Of a DNA stretch of 64,000 nt, positions 8,431-15,580 are shown one piece after another. Under the pieces are notes generated by a model, which saw only the letters and a program-made list of their open reading frames with translations, was not told the origin of the DNA and searched no databases. Every line of letters begins with the position of its first letter. Position 1 is the stretch's first letter. The stretch is from the sequence record NC_019401.1. One strand, given 5' to 3'. Both the position numbers and the translations under genes were made by a program.

Positions 8431-8940
8431 ATGAATAACGAAATGTTTCCATATATTAACAAGGGATGCTCGCGTGTAGTTTATGGCATCAATGACGATA
8501 TGGTTATCAAGATCGCCAGATATTTAAACACTGATTCCAATTCATCCAATATTGCACGTTGGGGAATTGATCAATGTAAAACTGAACTCGAAACTTATCT
8601 GCGTTACGGTGATAAATTTCCTTTGTGTAAAATTTTCATTGACTTATCCAATGAACAGCGTATAGTAATGGAAAGGGTAACACCTCTTACCGATTCTCAT
8701 TTGTGTCTAGAGTTGAGTAAGATAAATGATCTTATCTATCGCCTAGCGATGGAAGAAGAACGTGATGAGCCTGATTATCTGGAATCGCTTCATCCAATGT
8801 TACAGTCATTTGCTAAAAAAATATTAGAAAGTGGCTTGACACGGCAAGAGATTCATGATATACTCGATGACGTAGAGATGAATAACGTCGGTATAAAGAA
8901 CAATGAATTAGTTATTTTAGATTACGGTTTAGTCGGCTAA
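8431..8940 (+). CDS. minimal protein-kinase-like (PKL fold) enzyme
   Basis: GCSRVVY Gly loop, VIKIA Lys, helix-C Glu, DDVEMNNVG catalytic loop, LDYG (DFG equivalent). Confidence 0.75.
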   Translation: MNNEMFPYINKGCSRVVYGINDDMVIKIARYLNTDSNSSNIARWGIDQCKTELETYLRYGDKFPLCKIFIDLSNEQRIVMERVTPLTDSHLCLELSKINDLIYRLAMEEERDEPDYLESLHPMLQSFAKKILESGLTRQEIHDILDDVEMNNVGIKNNELVILDYGLVG

Positions 8941-9089
8941 AATAATTAAAAAAGTCCTTGACTTAAAATTTAAAGTTTGATAGTATAATCAACATCGACG
9001 GATGTAAAGCGTGAGTCTGGTATATAATTATAAAATAAAGATTATAATTAATACTTTTTGAAAAATAAAATATAAGGTTTAAAAAGAGA

Positions 9090-9305
9090 ATGGCTAAGAA
9101 TATTATTACTGATATTGGCGAAGTTGAACGTACTGTGAACTACATCCAGTTCCAGATTTCTCAGGCAGATGCAATGCTTGCACCATTCGCCAACAGCGAT
9201 AAATCCAAGATCTGCTATGCACATCTTCTGGACTGGAAGAAATCATTGCAGAACGAACTGCATGAGATCCGTAAAGCTCAGCAGAAAGCACGTTACCACA
9301 AGTAA
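9090..9305 (+). CDS. hypothetical protein
   Basis: ORF track. Confidence 0.6.
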   Translation: MAKNIITDIGEVERTVNYIQFQISQADAMLAPFANSDKSKICYAHLLDWKKSLQNELHEIRKAQQKARYHK

Positions 9306-9369
9306 TGTGAAGCCACGCCGCCAACATAGTTGGCGGTACTTTTAAGTTAGGTATAAAGGAACTGGAACC

Positions 9370-9612
9370 ATGAAAAGTGCAACGGAACTTAAAAACCTTC
9401 ATAAACGTATCCAGCAATTGAAAAGTCAGCAAAAGTTATTGAATGTTGAATATGCTGAACTGGATGCTAAAGAAAAGAAAACCAAAGATGAAACTAAACA
9501 TCTTGCCGCAGTACGCAATTTGCAGTGGTCTTTGATTTACAAAATTCGTGGTCTTGAATTAACGTTTAAAGACCTAAAAGAGCAAGTTATTCTCGAAATC
9601 ATCAATTCGTAA
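9370..9612 (+). CDS. coiled-coil hypothetical protein
   Basis: ORF track; heptad pattern. Confidence 0.6.
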   Translation: MKSATELKNLHKRIQQLKSQQKLLNVEYAELDAKEKKTKDETKHLAAVRNLQWSLIYKIRGLELTFKDLKEQVILEIINS

Positions 9613-9624
9613 CTGGAGATCATA

Positions 9625-10095
9625 ATGGGTACGATTATTTTGTACGGCGTGTTTATTGCATTGGGTTTATTCATCGTATACATGTTGGTGGTAACATCAG
9701 CAATGGGTACTGAACGCCTTAAAGTACCGCAATTTTTAATGTCTTCTTTGACTTACAGTGAAGAAGCAACTGCAAAGTTGAATCTCCTTCTGGATAAGTA
9801 TGAAGCAGGACTTTTGAAAATCAAACGTACTCAAACTTCATTGCTGTTTACTGACGCAGAAACAGGCTCAAAAGCTGGCGAAATCTGGATTAAGAACAAG
9901 TACTACTCGTATGGTATTCTCCATCGTTATGGTGCAAATGATGATCGACAGTTCGCATGTAATAAACCAAACATCAAAACGTTCAAGCGTATCGTGAAGC
10001 TTGAACAAGCAATCGACAAACACTTTAAAGAGCAGACTGCAAATGCAGCACCTGCAAAACCTGCGAAAGCTGGTGAAGAAGTTGTTCTAGATTAA
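9625..10095 (+). CDS. membrane-anchored hypothetical protein
   Basis: N-terminal TM; GGAG RBS; terminator AAGGGC-GAAA-GCCCTT follows. Confidence 0.75.
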   Translation: MGTIILYGVFIALGLFIVYMLVVTSAMGTERLKVPQFLMSSLTYSEEATAKLNLLLDKYEAGLLKIKRTQTSLLFTDAETGSKAGEIWIKNKYYSYGILHRYGANDDRQFACNKPNIKTFKRIVKLEQAIDKHFKEQTANAAPAKPAKAGEEVVLD

Positions 10096-10129
10096 GGGCG
10101 AAAGCCCTTTTTTAATTGAGAGAGTAATA

Positions 10130-10549
10130 ATGGCAAAAATTATTTGTGGTTTTCCTGGAATTGGAAAAAGTACTGTAGTAAAAAATGACAGTACTGTAAT
10201 TGATTTAGATAGTGCAGCGTATAGTAAGATTAAAACTTTCCCGTTGAATTATCTAACAGCTATTCTGCAAGCTGAAGCAGATGGTTATGAGTACATACTT
10301 ATCAGTACTCACAATTCAGTAAGAAATATGTTAAAAAACATGGGTATGAAATATACTAATGTTTATCCTGAAATTGATTTGGGTGAAGAATATATCGATC
10401 GATATAGAGAACGTGGTTCTCCAGAATCTTTTATTAACTTCCTTGAAGAAAATTGGGATGATTTTATTTTTGAGTTGCAGTATGATGAATCAGATTATAT
10501 TGAACTTGAGCCAGGTCAATTCCTTTCAGATGTGATTAAAAATATTTGA
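10130..10549 (+). CDS. P-loop nucleotide-kinase-like protein
   Basis: N-terminal Walker A GFPGIGKST followed by DLDS. Confidence 0.75.
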   Translation: MAKIICGFPGIGKSTVVKNDSTVIDLDSAAYSKIKTFPLNYLTAILQAEADGYEYILISTHNSVRNMLKNMGMKYTNVYPEIDLGEEYIDRYRERGSPESFINFLEENWDDFIFELQYDESDYIELEPGQFLSDVIKNI

Positions 10550-10556
10550 AAATAAA

Positions 10557-10585
10557 TGAAACGATAAAAATTTTTGTGGTATAAT
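10557..10585 (+). promoter_or_regulatory. TGAAAC-N17-TATAAT promoter (RNA-gene class)
   Basis: TGAAAC 10557-62; TGTGG-TATAAT 10575-85. Confidence 0.75.
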
Positions 10586-10602
10586 ATAGGACATAAGGCA
10601 TC

Positions 10603-10722
10603 GGAATCTTACAGCAAAAATAATTAATTTTTGATGAAAACAAAACGACGGCGGTTCGAATCCCCACCCACGATTTGCCTTATTTAAAGTGGGAGCATGG
10701 TGCTGGATAAACAAGAGATTCC
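10603..10722 (+). ncRNA. ACAGCAA element, permuted tRNA-like form
   Basis: GGAATCT/AGATTCC outer helix, ACAGCAA, T-loop GGTTCGAATCC, CCCAC/GTGGG acceptor-like helix. Confidence 0.75.
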
Positions 10723-10745
10723 AGATTTTAATTAAGCGATTAGTT

Positions 10746-11282
10746 ATGAACATATACAAAATTGCAAAAGAATTGATGAATAAGCACAATCTACAGGATT
10801 GGTCTTTCGAAATTTATGAAAGTTCAAATAAGCGTGTTCCTGGAACAACCAATACAATTGGAATGTGCATCTATCATGAAAAAGTTATCGCCATTTTAGA
10901 AGCGGTTGCTTATAGTCGTAGTGAAGAATATGTTCGTAGTTTAATATTGCATGAAATTGCACATGCATTAGCTGGTCATGAAAATGGTCATAATGAAGTA
11001 TGGCAGAAAATTGCAATAGAAATTGGTTCTAAACATATCACATCATGTGCAAACATGATTGAGTTTTTAAACCATAAAAATACAATCCGCAATTGTACTC
11101 ATCCGTATGTTTGGAAATTTATGAAGTATTTTTCAAATACTGATGAGTTAGTATTCAACTTAAACCGTATACACGGTAAAAGTACACAGTACTGGTATAA
11201 TGAATATCTAAGGATTTTAAAGTTTCAGGAACGTTTAAAAAAACGTAAAAAAATTGAAACGAATCAAAAATTTGTGGTATAA
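10746..11282 (+). CDS. SprT-like zinc metalloprotease
   Basis: LILHEIAHAL...GHNEVWQKIA (HExxH plus GH..W); start moved to ATG 10746. Confidence 0.8.
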   Translation: MNIYKIAKELMNKHNLQDWSFEIYESSNKRVPGTTNTIGMCIYHEKVIAILEAVAYSRSEEYVRSLILHEIAHALAGHENGHNEVWQKIAIEIGSKHITSCANMIEFLNHKNTIRNCTHPYVWKFMKYFSNTDELVFNLNRIHGKSTQYWYNEYLRILKFQERLKKRKKIETNQKFVV

Positions 11283-11283
11283 T
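11255..11283 (+). promoter_or_regulatory. TGAAAC-N17-TATAAT promoter (RNA-gene class)
   Basis: TGAAAC 11255-60; TGTGG-TATAAT to 11283. Confidence 0.75.
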
Positions 11284-11300
11284 AAAAGTATTAGCAACAC

Positions 11301-11418
11301 GAAATCTTACAGCAAACAATATCTTATATTTTTTATGCGAAAAAAACGATGTGGTTCGAATCCACAACAACCATGTTGCTATGTTGGTTGTGCATGGGGC
11401 TAGAAAACAACAGATTTC
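11301..11418 (+). ncRNA. ACAGCAA element, permuted tRNA-like form
   Basis: GAAATCT/AGATTTC helix; ACAGCAA; TGTGG-TTCGAAT-CCACA; ACAACCA/TGGTTGT. Confidence 0.75.
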
Positions 11419-11604
11419 AGTTCTTTAATTAAGACAAATAGGACAACGGTAATGACCGCAGAAGAAAATTTAGAAATCCTTAGCAAAATTCTTGATGGAA
11501 TTAGTAATGGTAAATTAAATGAAGTAATGTCCGAATTAGGTTTTGACGTATCCAAAAGTACAGATAAAAGTACCGAATGGGTAAACAAAAACCAATAACA
11601 ATTA

Positions 11605-11676
11605 GTTCCCATCGTCTAGCGGCTAGGACGCTTCCCTTTCAAGGAGGAAACCGGAGTTCGATTCTCCGTGGGAACG
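11605..11676 (+). tRNA. tRNA-Glu(TTC), uninterrupted
   Basis: GTTCCCA/TGGGAAC; CTTCC-CTTTCAA-GGAGG. Confidence 0.92.
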
Positions 11677-11688
11677 CAAAGTAGTTTT

Positions 11689-11770
11689 GGGGAGTTGGCA
11701 GAGCGGTCGAATGCACCTGACTGTAAATCAGGCACACCACACCCTGGTTCGAATCCAGGACGCCCCACCA
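11689..11770 (+). tRNA. tRNA-Tyr(GTA)
   Basis: CCTGA-CTGTAAA-TCAGG; T arm CCTGG/CCAGG; CCA. Confidence 0.92.
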
Positions 11771-11771
11771 A

Positions 11772-11878
11772 AAGAATCGCACAGCAAACATAAATCTTAT
11801 ATATTTCATTTGGCGAAAAACACCTTCGGTTCAATTCCGATTTACCACTGGTTGTGGGGATAGAAAAACACGATTCTT
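11772..11878 (+). ncRNA. ACAGCAA element with Gln-like anticodon arm and T arm (permuted)
   Basis: AAGAATCG/CGATTCTT; TTTC-ATTTGGC-GAAA; TCGG-TTCAATT-CCGA. Confidence 0.7.
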
Positions 11879-11905
11879 GTTTTTAATTTAGAAAATAAAA
11901 TGACG

Positions 11906-11985
11906 GAAGTGGGATTTAAACAGCAAACTAACCCTTTACTGAAAATCATATAGTAGATGGATTACTCGGAATTTCGATTCCCTTC
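11906..11985 (+). ncRNA. ACAGCAA element, degenerate
   Basis: GAAG(T)GGGA/TCCCTTC helix; ACAGCAA at 11920. Confidence 0.5.
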
Positions 11986-12106
11986 TTAATCATTACTCGC
12001 ACAGTATTAAAACAGTGTATTGTTTAAGTTCGTCAACTTATTCAATTATCCTTTTATTAAATCCCGTATAATAAAGTACTTAAATCCTATTGGACAGTAC
12101 TTTTAT

Positions 12107-12201
12107 GGAAGATTGGCAGAGTCTGGTTTATTGCACCGCACTTGAAATGCGGCGAACTAGTAACCCTAGTTCCTACGGTTCAAATCCGTAATCTTCCTCC
12201 A
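12107..12201 (+). tRNA. tRNA-Ser(TGA)
   Basis: GGAAGAT/ATCTTCC; CCGCA-CTTGAAA-TGCGG; long variable arm; CCA. Confidence 0.95.
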
Positions 12202-12207
12202 AATCTT

Positions 12208-12330
12208 GGGAAAGTAGCTCAGTTGGTAGAGCAGGTAAGAAAACCCAAATTACTGTATTGTAATTTCACAGCAACCATACTTCATCCACTTTTAATGGCC
12301 TGGTCGTTGGTTCAAATCCAACCTTTCCCA
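12208..12330 (+). tRNA. tRNA-Lys(TTT) interrupted by a 50-nt insertion (12236-12285) at position 28/29
   Basis: GGGAAAG/CTTTCCC; GCTC/GAGC; AGG|insert|CCA-CTTTTAA-TGG-CCT; GTTGG-TTCAAAT-CCAAC. Confidence 0.85.
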
Positions 12331-12333
12331 CAC

Positions 12334-12395
12334 AGAATCTAACAGCAAACCTTATTTTATCAAACTTTTACTTTGAAACCAAAATAATAGATTCT
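12334..12395 (+). ncRNA. minimal ACAGCAA element displaying a Lys(UUU) anticodon stem-loop
   Basis: AGAATCTA/TAGATTCT; CAAA-CTTTTAC-TTTG. Confidence 0.7.
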
Positions 12396-12422
12396 AGTAC
12401 TTTTAAATTCGAGAAGAATATA

Positions 12423-12824
12423 TTGGAAAATGATGAAATTGAAAATATGTTAGTTGAAGCATTGCGTAAAATCGACACTTCATCATATGAGTTTAAATCT
12501 TCCAAAGAGATTTCGAATTCGGAATTTGGTTCTGATGGAAAGCGACAATACTTAAAACTGTTTTTTGAAAAAAGTTCAGGGGAAGTAAGTATAGAATTCA
12601 TTTATCATTCTATAAAAGATACGTTAAAATTCAGAACTCAATATGTTGACCATTGTGATGAAGATGAAGACTTTGATGAAACTAGCATATCGCAAAAAAT
12701 ACCGCGAACTGAAGAAGAATATTTTCAGTACAGCACTATCCAAAATAATATTTTTAGTTTAGAGTTTTATACTTTATTAGAAAAGATAATGTCAGAATTG
12801 CTAGTAAAGTGGAAATCTAAATAA
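12423..12824 (+). CDS. EExxFQxST-family hypothetical protein
   Basis: C-terminal RTEEEYFQYSTIQ motif shared with eight other ORFs. Confidence 0.7.
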   Translation: MENDEIENMLVEALRKIDTSSYEFKSSKEISNSEFGSDGKRQYLKLFFEKSSGEVSIEFIYHSIKDTLKFRTQYVDHCDEDEDFDETSISQKIPRTEEEYFQYSTIQNNIFSLEFYTLLEKIMSELLVKWKSK

Positions 12825-12843
12825 AGATACACGAGGAAATACA

Positions 12844-13053
12844 ATGTTTTACGATTACTACTATAAAGTAGATGGTGTGCTTCGTCGTCATACATCTTCT
12901 GAAGAACTAAGCGATGAGCAAATCAGTAGTGTTTTCGGTTCACAAAAGAAAGTAGTACTACTAGAGCCTGTAGTTTTTGAACGCAGCGTTATTGTTGATG
13001 AAAAAGCAAAAACTATAAAAGAACACGTAGGATTTATTGGTTACGTGGAATAA
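12844..13053 (+). CDS. hypothetical protein
   Basis: GAGG RBS; ORF track. Confidence 0.65.
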   Translation: MFYDYYYKVDGVLRRHTSSEELSDEQISSVFGSQKKVVLLEPVVFERSVIVDEKAKTIKEHVGFIGYVE

Positions 13054-13076
13054 TAAAGAATAACGTAACAATAATA

Positions 13077-13122
13077 AAGAATCCATACAGCATTACTTTG
13101 GTCAATAATATATTGGATTCTT
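13077..13122 (+). ncRNA. minimal ACAGCA element (possible Gln-UUG loop)
   Basis: AAGAATCC/GGATTCTT; ACAGCA; CTTTGGT loop. Confidence 0.55.
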
Positions 13123-13147
13123 GTTTTAATTAAGGTGAGATTAAAAA

Positions 13148-13372
13148 ATGGATAATCAACATAAACAAATTAAAGGATACCGAGATTTATCTCAGAAAGA
13201 GATTAATCAAATGAATGCTATTAAAGATATCGCTGCTAAAGTGGGTGATATTATTGATGCATTACAAGATGACCCTGACGTTGATCAACGATGGCTTGCA
13301 ATTGCAAAAACTGACCTTCAAAAAGGTTTTATGTCAGCAGTGCGAAGCGTAGCTAAACCGGACTCTTTTTAA
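13148..13372 (+). CDS. acb2: anti-CBASS cyclic-nucleotide sponge Acb2
   Basis: MDNQHKQIKGYRDLSQKEI...RWLAIAKTDLQKGFMSAVRSVAKPDSF matches my recollection of Acb2 at both termini. Confidence 0.9.
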   Translation: MDNQHKQIKGYRDLSQKEINQMNAIKDIAAKVGDIIDALQDDPDVDQRWLAIAKTDLQKGFMSAVRSVAKPDSF

Positions 13373-13767
13373 TGGACAAATATAATCGTTTGTACGAAAT
13401 AGGTGAAGATCACTTAATAAGTCTGATGAAAATAGAATGCCCTCGATCAATATTAGGATTTTCAAAACACATTGTATTCAATAAAAATGATTCATTTACT
13501 ATGACTGATTGGGCAATCTTCTTTCATTTGGAAGACGGCATTAATACATTTAGTGTAATGATAGAACCAAATAATACATTCAAAGCATTGTACTATGAAA
13601 CCGAAGAAGAATTTGATGAAAATTACCACTTTACATTTTACAATGTTCCATATGACATTACTGAAGAATGGCACTTTCAGTTATGTACACAAAAGTATAT
13701 GCCATTCAGTTTTGAATTTCATACAAAATTAAAAGAATTTATTGAATTATGTATTAAAATAATGTAA
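13372..13767 (+). CDS. EExxFQxST-family hypothetical protein
   Basis: ITEEWHFQLCT motif. Confidence 0.7.
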   Translation: MDKYNRLYEIGEDHLISLMKIECPRSILGFSKHIVFNKNDSFTMTDWAIFFHLEDGINTFSVMIEPNNTFKALYYETEEEFDENYHFTFYNVPYDITEEWHFQLCTQKYMPFSFEFHTKLKEFIELCIKIM

Positions 13768-13772
13768 CAAAT

Positions 13773-13846
13773 GGGAATATAGCACAATTGGTCAGTGCAC
13801 TCGCCCGATAAGCGAGATGTTACGTGTTCGAGTCACGTTATTCCCA
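13773..13846 (+). tRNA. tRNA-Ile(GAT), with C33
   Basis: GGGAATA/TATTCCC; CTCGC-CCGATAA-GCGAG. Confidence 0.88.
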
Positions 13847-13850
13847 CTAA

Positions 13851-14045
13851 GTAGTACTGTGAAATTGTCCAACACAATAGGTAGCACTTTGGATGAATCA
13901 GTAAGCCTATATCGTACTACACCGAATATGTCTGACCACGGAAAAACGCCGATGACCGTGACAAAAAATATGAAGGGAACTTTATAAGTATTATCTACTA
14001 TCATTAAGTTGATGAAGGTATTATAAAGTGGCGTCCTTCCAGACA
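13851..14045 (+). ncRNA. candidate structured RNA (two domains, possible pseudoknot)
   Basis: GTAGTAC/GTACTAC, TCCAA/TTGGA, loop ATAGG with CCTAT; TGTCTG/CAGACA multibranch domain. Confidence 0.45.
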
Positions 14046-14053
14046 ACAAATTA

Positions 14054-14192
14054 AAGAATCTAACAGCAATTCAATTGTTAACTAAAAATAGCTGCCTCGC
14101 GGCATGTAGGTTCGAATCCTACGAACTATGTCAGTACTGAATAGTGATGGTGAAACAGGTAGACACGGCTATCAACACAAACATAGATTCTT
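14054..14192 (+). ncRNA. ACAGCAA element enclosing a circularly permuted tRNA-Leu-like sequence
   Basis: 3' half (ATAGC, variable arm, GTAGG-TTCGAAT-CCTAC) precedes 5' half (ATAGTGA-TG-GTG-AAACAGGTAGA-CAC-G-GCTAT). Confidence 0.8.
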
Positions 14193-14310
14193 GTATTAAT
14201 TAAATCTACAAGAGCATACGTATATTGATTCAATAAGCTATAGACTTTATACGATGGGTAGCAGATGGCTTATCATCTGTCGGTAGTTACGCTGCGGCTA
14301 CCAACAAATT

Positions 14311-14414
14311 TGGAATTCAACAGCAATTCATACTATCCCGCCGCATGTCGCAGTTTCGAGTCCTGCCTTCACTTCGGTATGGTAGATCAGCGGCCTAAAA
14401 AGAAATAAATTCCA
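14311..14414 (+). ncRNA. ACAGCAA element enclosing a degenerate permuted tRNA
   Basis: TGGAATT/AATTCCA; GCGGC/GCCGC anticodon stem; TTCG-capped acceptor remnant; paralogue of 15460-15580. Confidence 0.7.
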
Positions 14415-14428
14415 GTATTAATTAAAAA

Positions 14429-14436
14429 TATAAATA
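14429..14436 (+). promoter_or_regulatory. T4-type late promoter
   Basis: TATAAATA about 30 nt upstream of the ART gene. Confidence 0.55.
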
Positions 14437-14466
14437 TTCCTATATAACTTTTAATGGGGTATTGTT

Positions 14467-15066
14467 GTGGAAATGAAAAAGCTGATGGAAGATATTTCTG
14501 CCATCATGGAAGGACAAATGCCAGGATACTACTATCACGGCACTAAACAACCGATTCACACTTTTAGTGATGAATTTGTTGGAAAGGGTAATGACCAATA
14601 CGGTCCAGGAATTTACTTCACAAGTAATCCTAGTACTGCATTTGGTTATACTGATAAATCACCAAATGGTGTGGTTTATCAATGCACTCTGAATATTAGA
14701 AAAGAATTGTCCAAGAAACAAAGAATTAATAAAGCAGTACTTTTGAAGTTAATGAAAAGTACTCCAGACGATGAAGCATATACCAATTGGGGTGAACACC
14801 CAAACCGTGCATATCAAAATGCTTTAAATTCATATATGGATGCAGATGATAACATGTATGATGCATTAATGAATGTATGGTATGATTGGTATAGGTATCA
14901 CGGAACAGAATTTGTAAGAAAGCTTGTTGAATTGGGTTATGATGCTTTTACACATAAATTTGAAAGCGGTGAGTTATTTGTTATAGTATATAACCCTGCA
15001 AGTATTAATGTTGTTAAATCATATACTGTAGAACAAGCTAGAAATGAACTACTTCAATCTAAATAA
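14467..15066 (+). CDS. ADP-ribosyltransferase-fold protein (ART-PolyVal-like)
   Basis: YYHGT...G...GPGIYFTS..A..Y motif. Confidence 0.7.
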   Translation: MEMKKLMEDISAIMEGQMPGYYYHGTKQPIHTFSDEFVGKGNDQYGPGIYFTSNPSTAFGYTDKSPNGVVYQCTLNIRKELSKKQRINKAVLLKLMKSTPDDEAYTNWGEHPNRAYQNALNSYMDADDNMYDALMNVWYDWYRYHGTEFVRKLVELGYDAFTHKFESGELFVIVYNPASINVVKSYTVEQARNELLQSK

Positions 15067-15092
15067 TATAGTACTAACTATGTTATAAGGGA

Positions 15093-15452
15093 TTGGGAAT
15101 GTTCAAGACTCGTTTAAAAGTTGAATTAATCAACAACGAAGGAAAGAAGTGGAAACTTATTGAAGATTTGGTTTACGAAGATAAAAAGCACGGAAGAATC
15201 ACTATTCCTGCTGGATTCGAAACTGACTTTGCAAGTGTACCTAGAATACCAGTTGTGTTTGAATTGGTAGGGGATCGTGGTCATGCAGCAGCAACACTAC
15301 ATGATTGGTTATATCATAATGATAATCTATCACGCAAAGAAGTTGATAAGATTCTACTTCAAGCTTTAAGAGATACGAATGTAGGTAAAGTTCGTTCATA
15401 TTTGATGTACTTTGGTGTACGAGGATTTGGTTGGATGTTTTTTAAGAAATAA
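15093..15452 (+). CDS. DUF1353 family protein
   Basis: IPAGFETDFASVPR...AAATLHDWLY...MYFGVRGFG. Confidence 0.85.
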   Translation: MGMFKTRLKVELINNEGKKWKLIEDLVYEDKKHGRITIPAGFETDFASVPRIPVVFELVGDRGHAAATLHDWLYHNDNLSRKEVDKILLQALRDTNVGKVRSYLMYFGVRGFGWMFFKK

Positions 15453-15459
15453 AAGAATT

Positions 15460-15580
15460 TGGAATTCAACAGCAAATCAATTCTATCCACGCAACATGTC
15501 GCAGGTTCAAGTCCTGCCAGTACTTTCGAGTACTGTAGCTCAGTTGGTAGAGCAGTCGCCTATAAAAGAAATGAATTCCA
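15460..15580 (+). ncRNA. ACAGCAA element enclosing a near-perfect circularly permuted tRNA
   Basis: GCAGG-TTCAAGT-CCTGC, CAGTACT-TTCG-AGTACTG, TA-GCTC-AGTTGGTA-GAGC; TGGAATTCA/TGAATTCCA outer helix. Confidence 0.85.

Noticed and set aside
11986-12060. Possible 17th element (GCACAGTATTAAAAC)
   Set aside because: It resembles ACAGCAATTAAAAC but has no closing GAATC/GATTC helix.
3754-12285. tRNA insertions as group I/II or BHB introns
   Set aside because: At 41-51 nt they are too short for group I/II cores, and I could not draw a bulge-helix-bulge at the junctions.
11400-12342. ORF-track calls 11400..11612, 11616..11834 and 12142..12342 (likewise 13792..14049 and 15412..15660)
   Set aside because: Shadow frames over tRNAs and RNA elements.
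13851-13920. Pistol or other known ribozyme
   Set aside because: The pseudoknot and TAAGCCT resemble pistol only loosely; the other conserved elements are missing.
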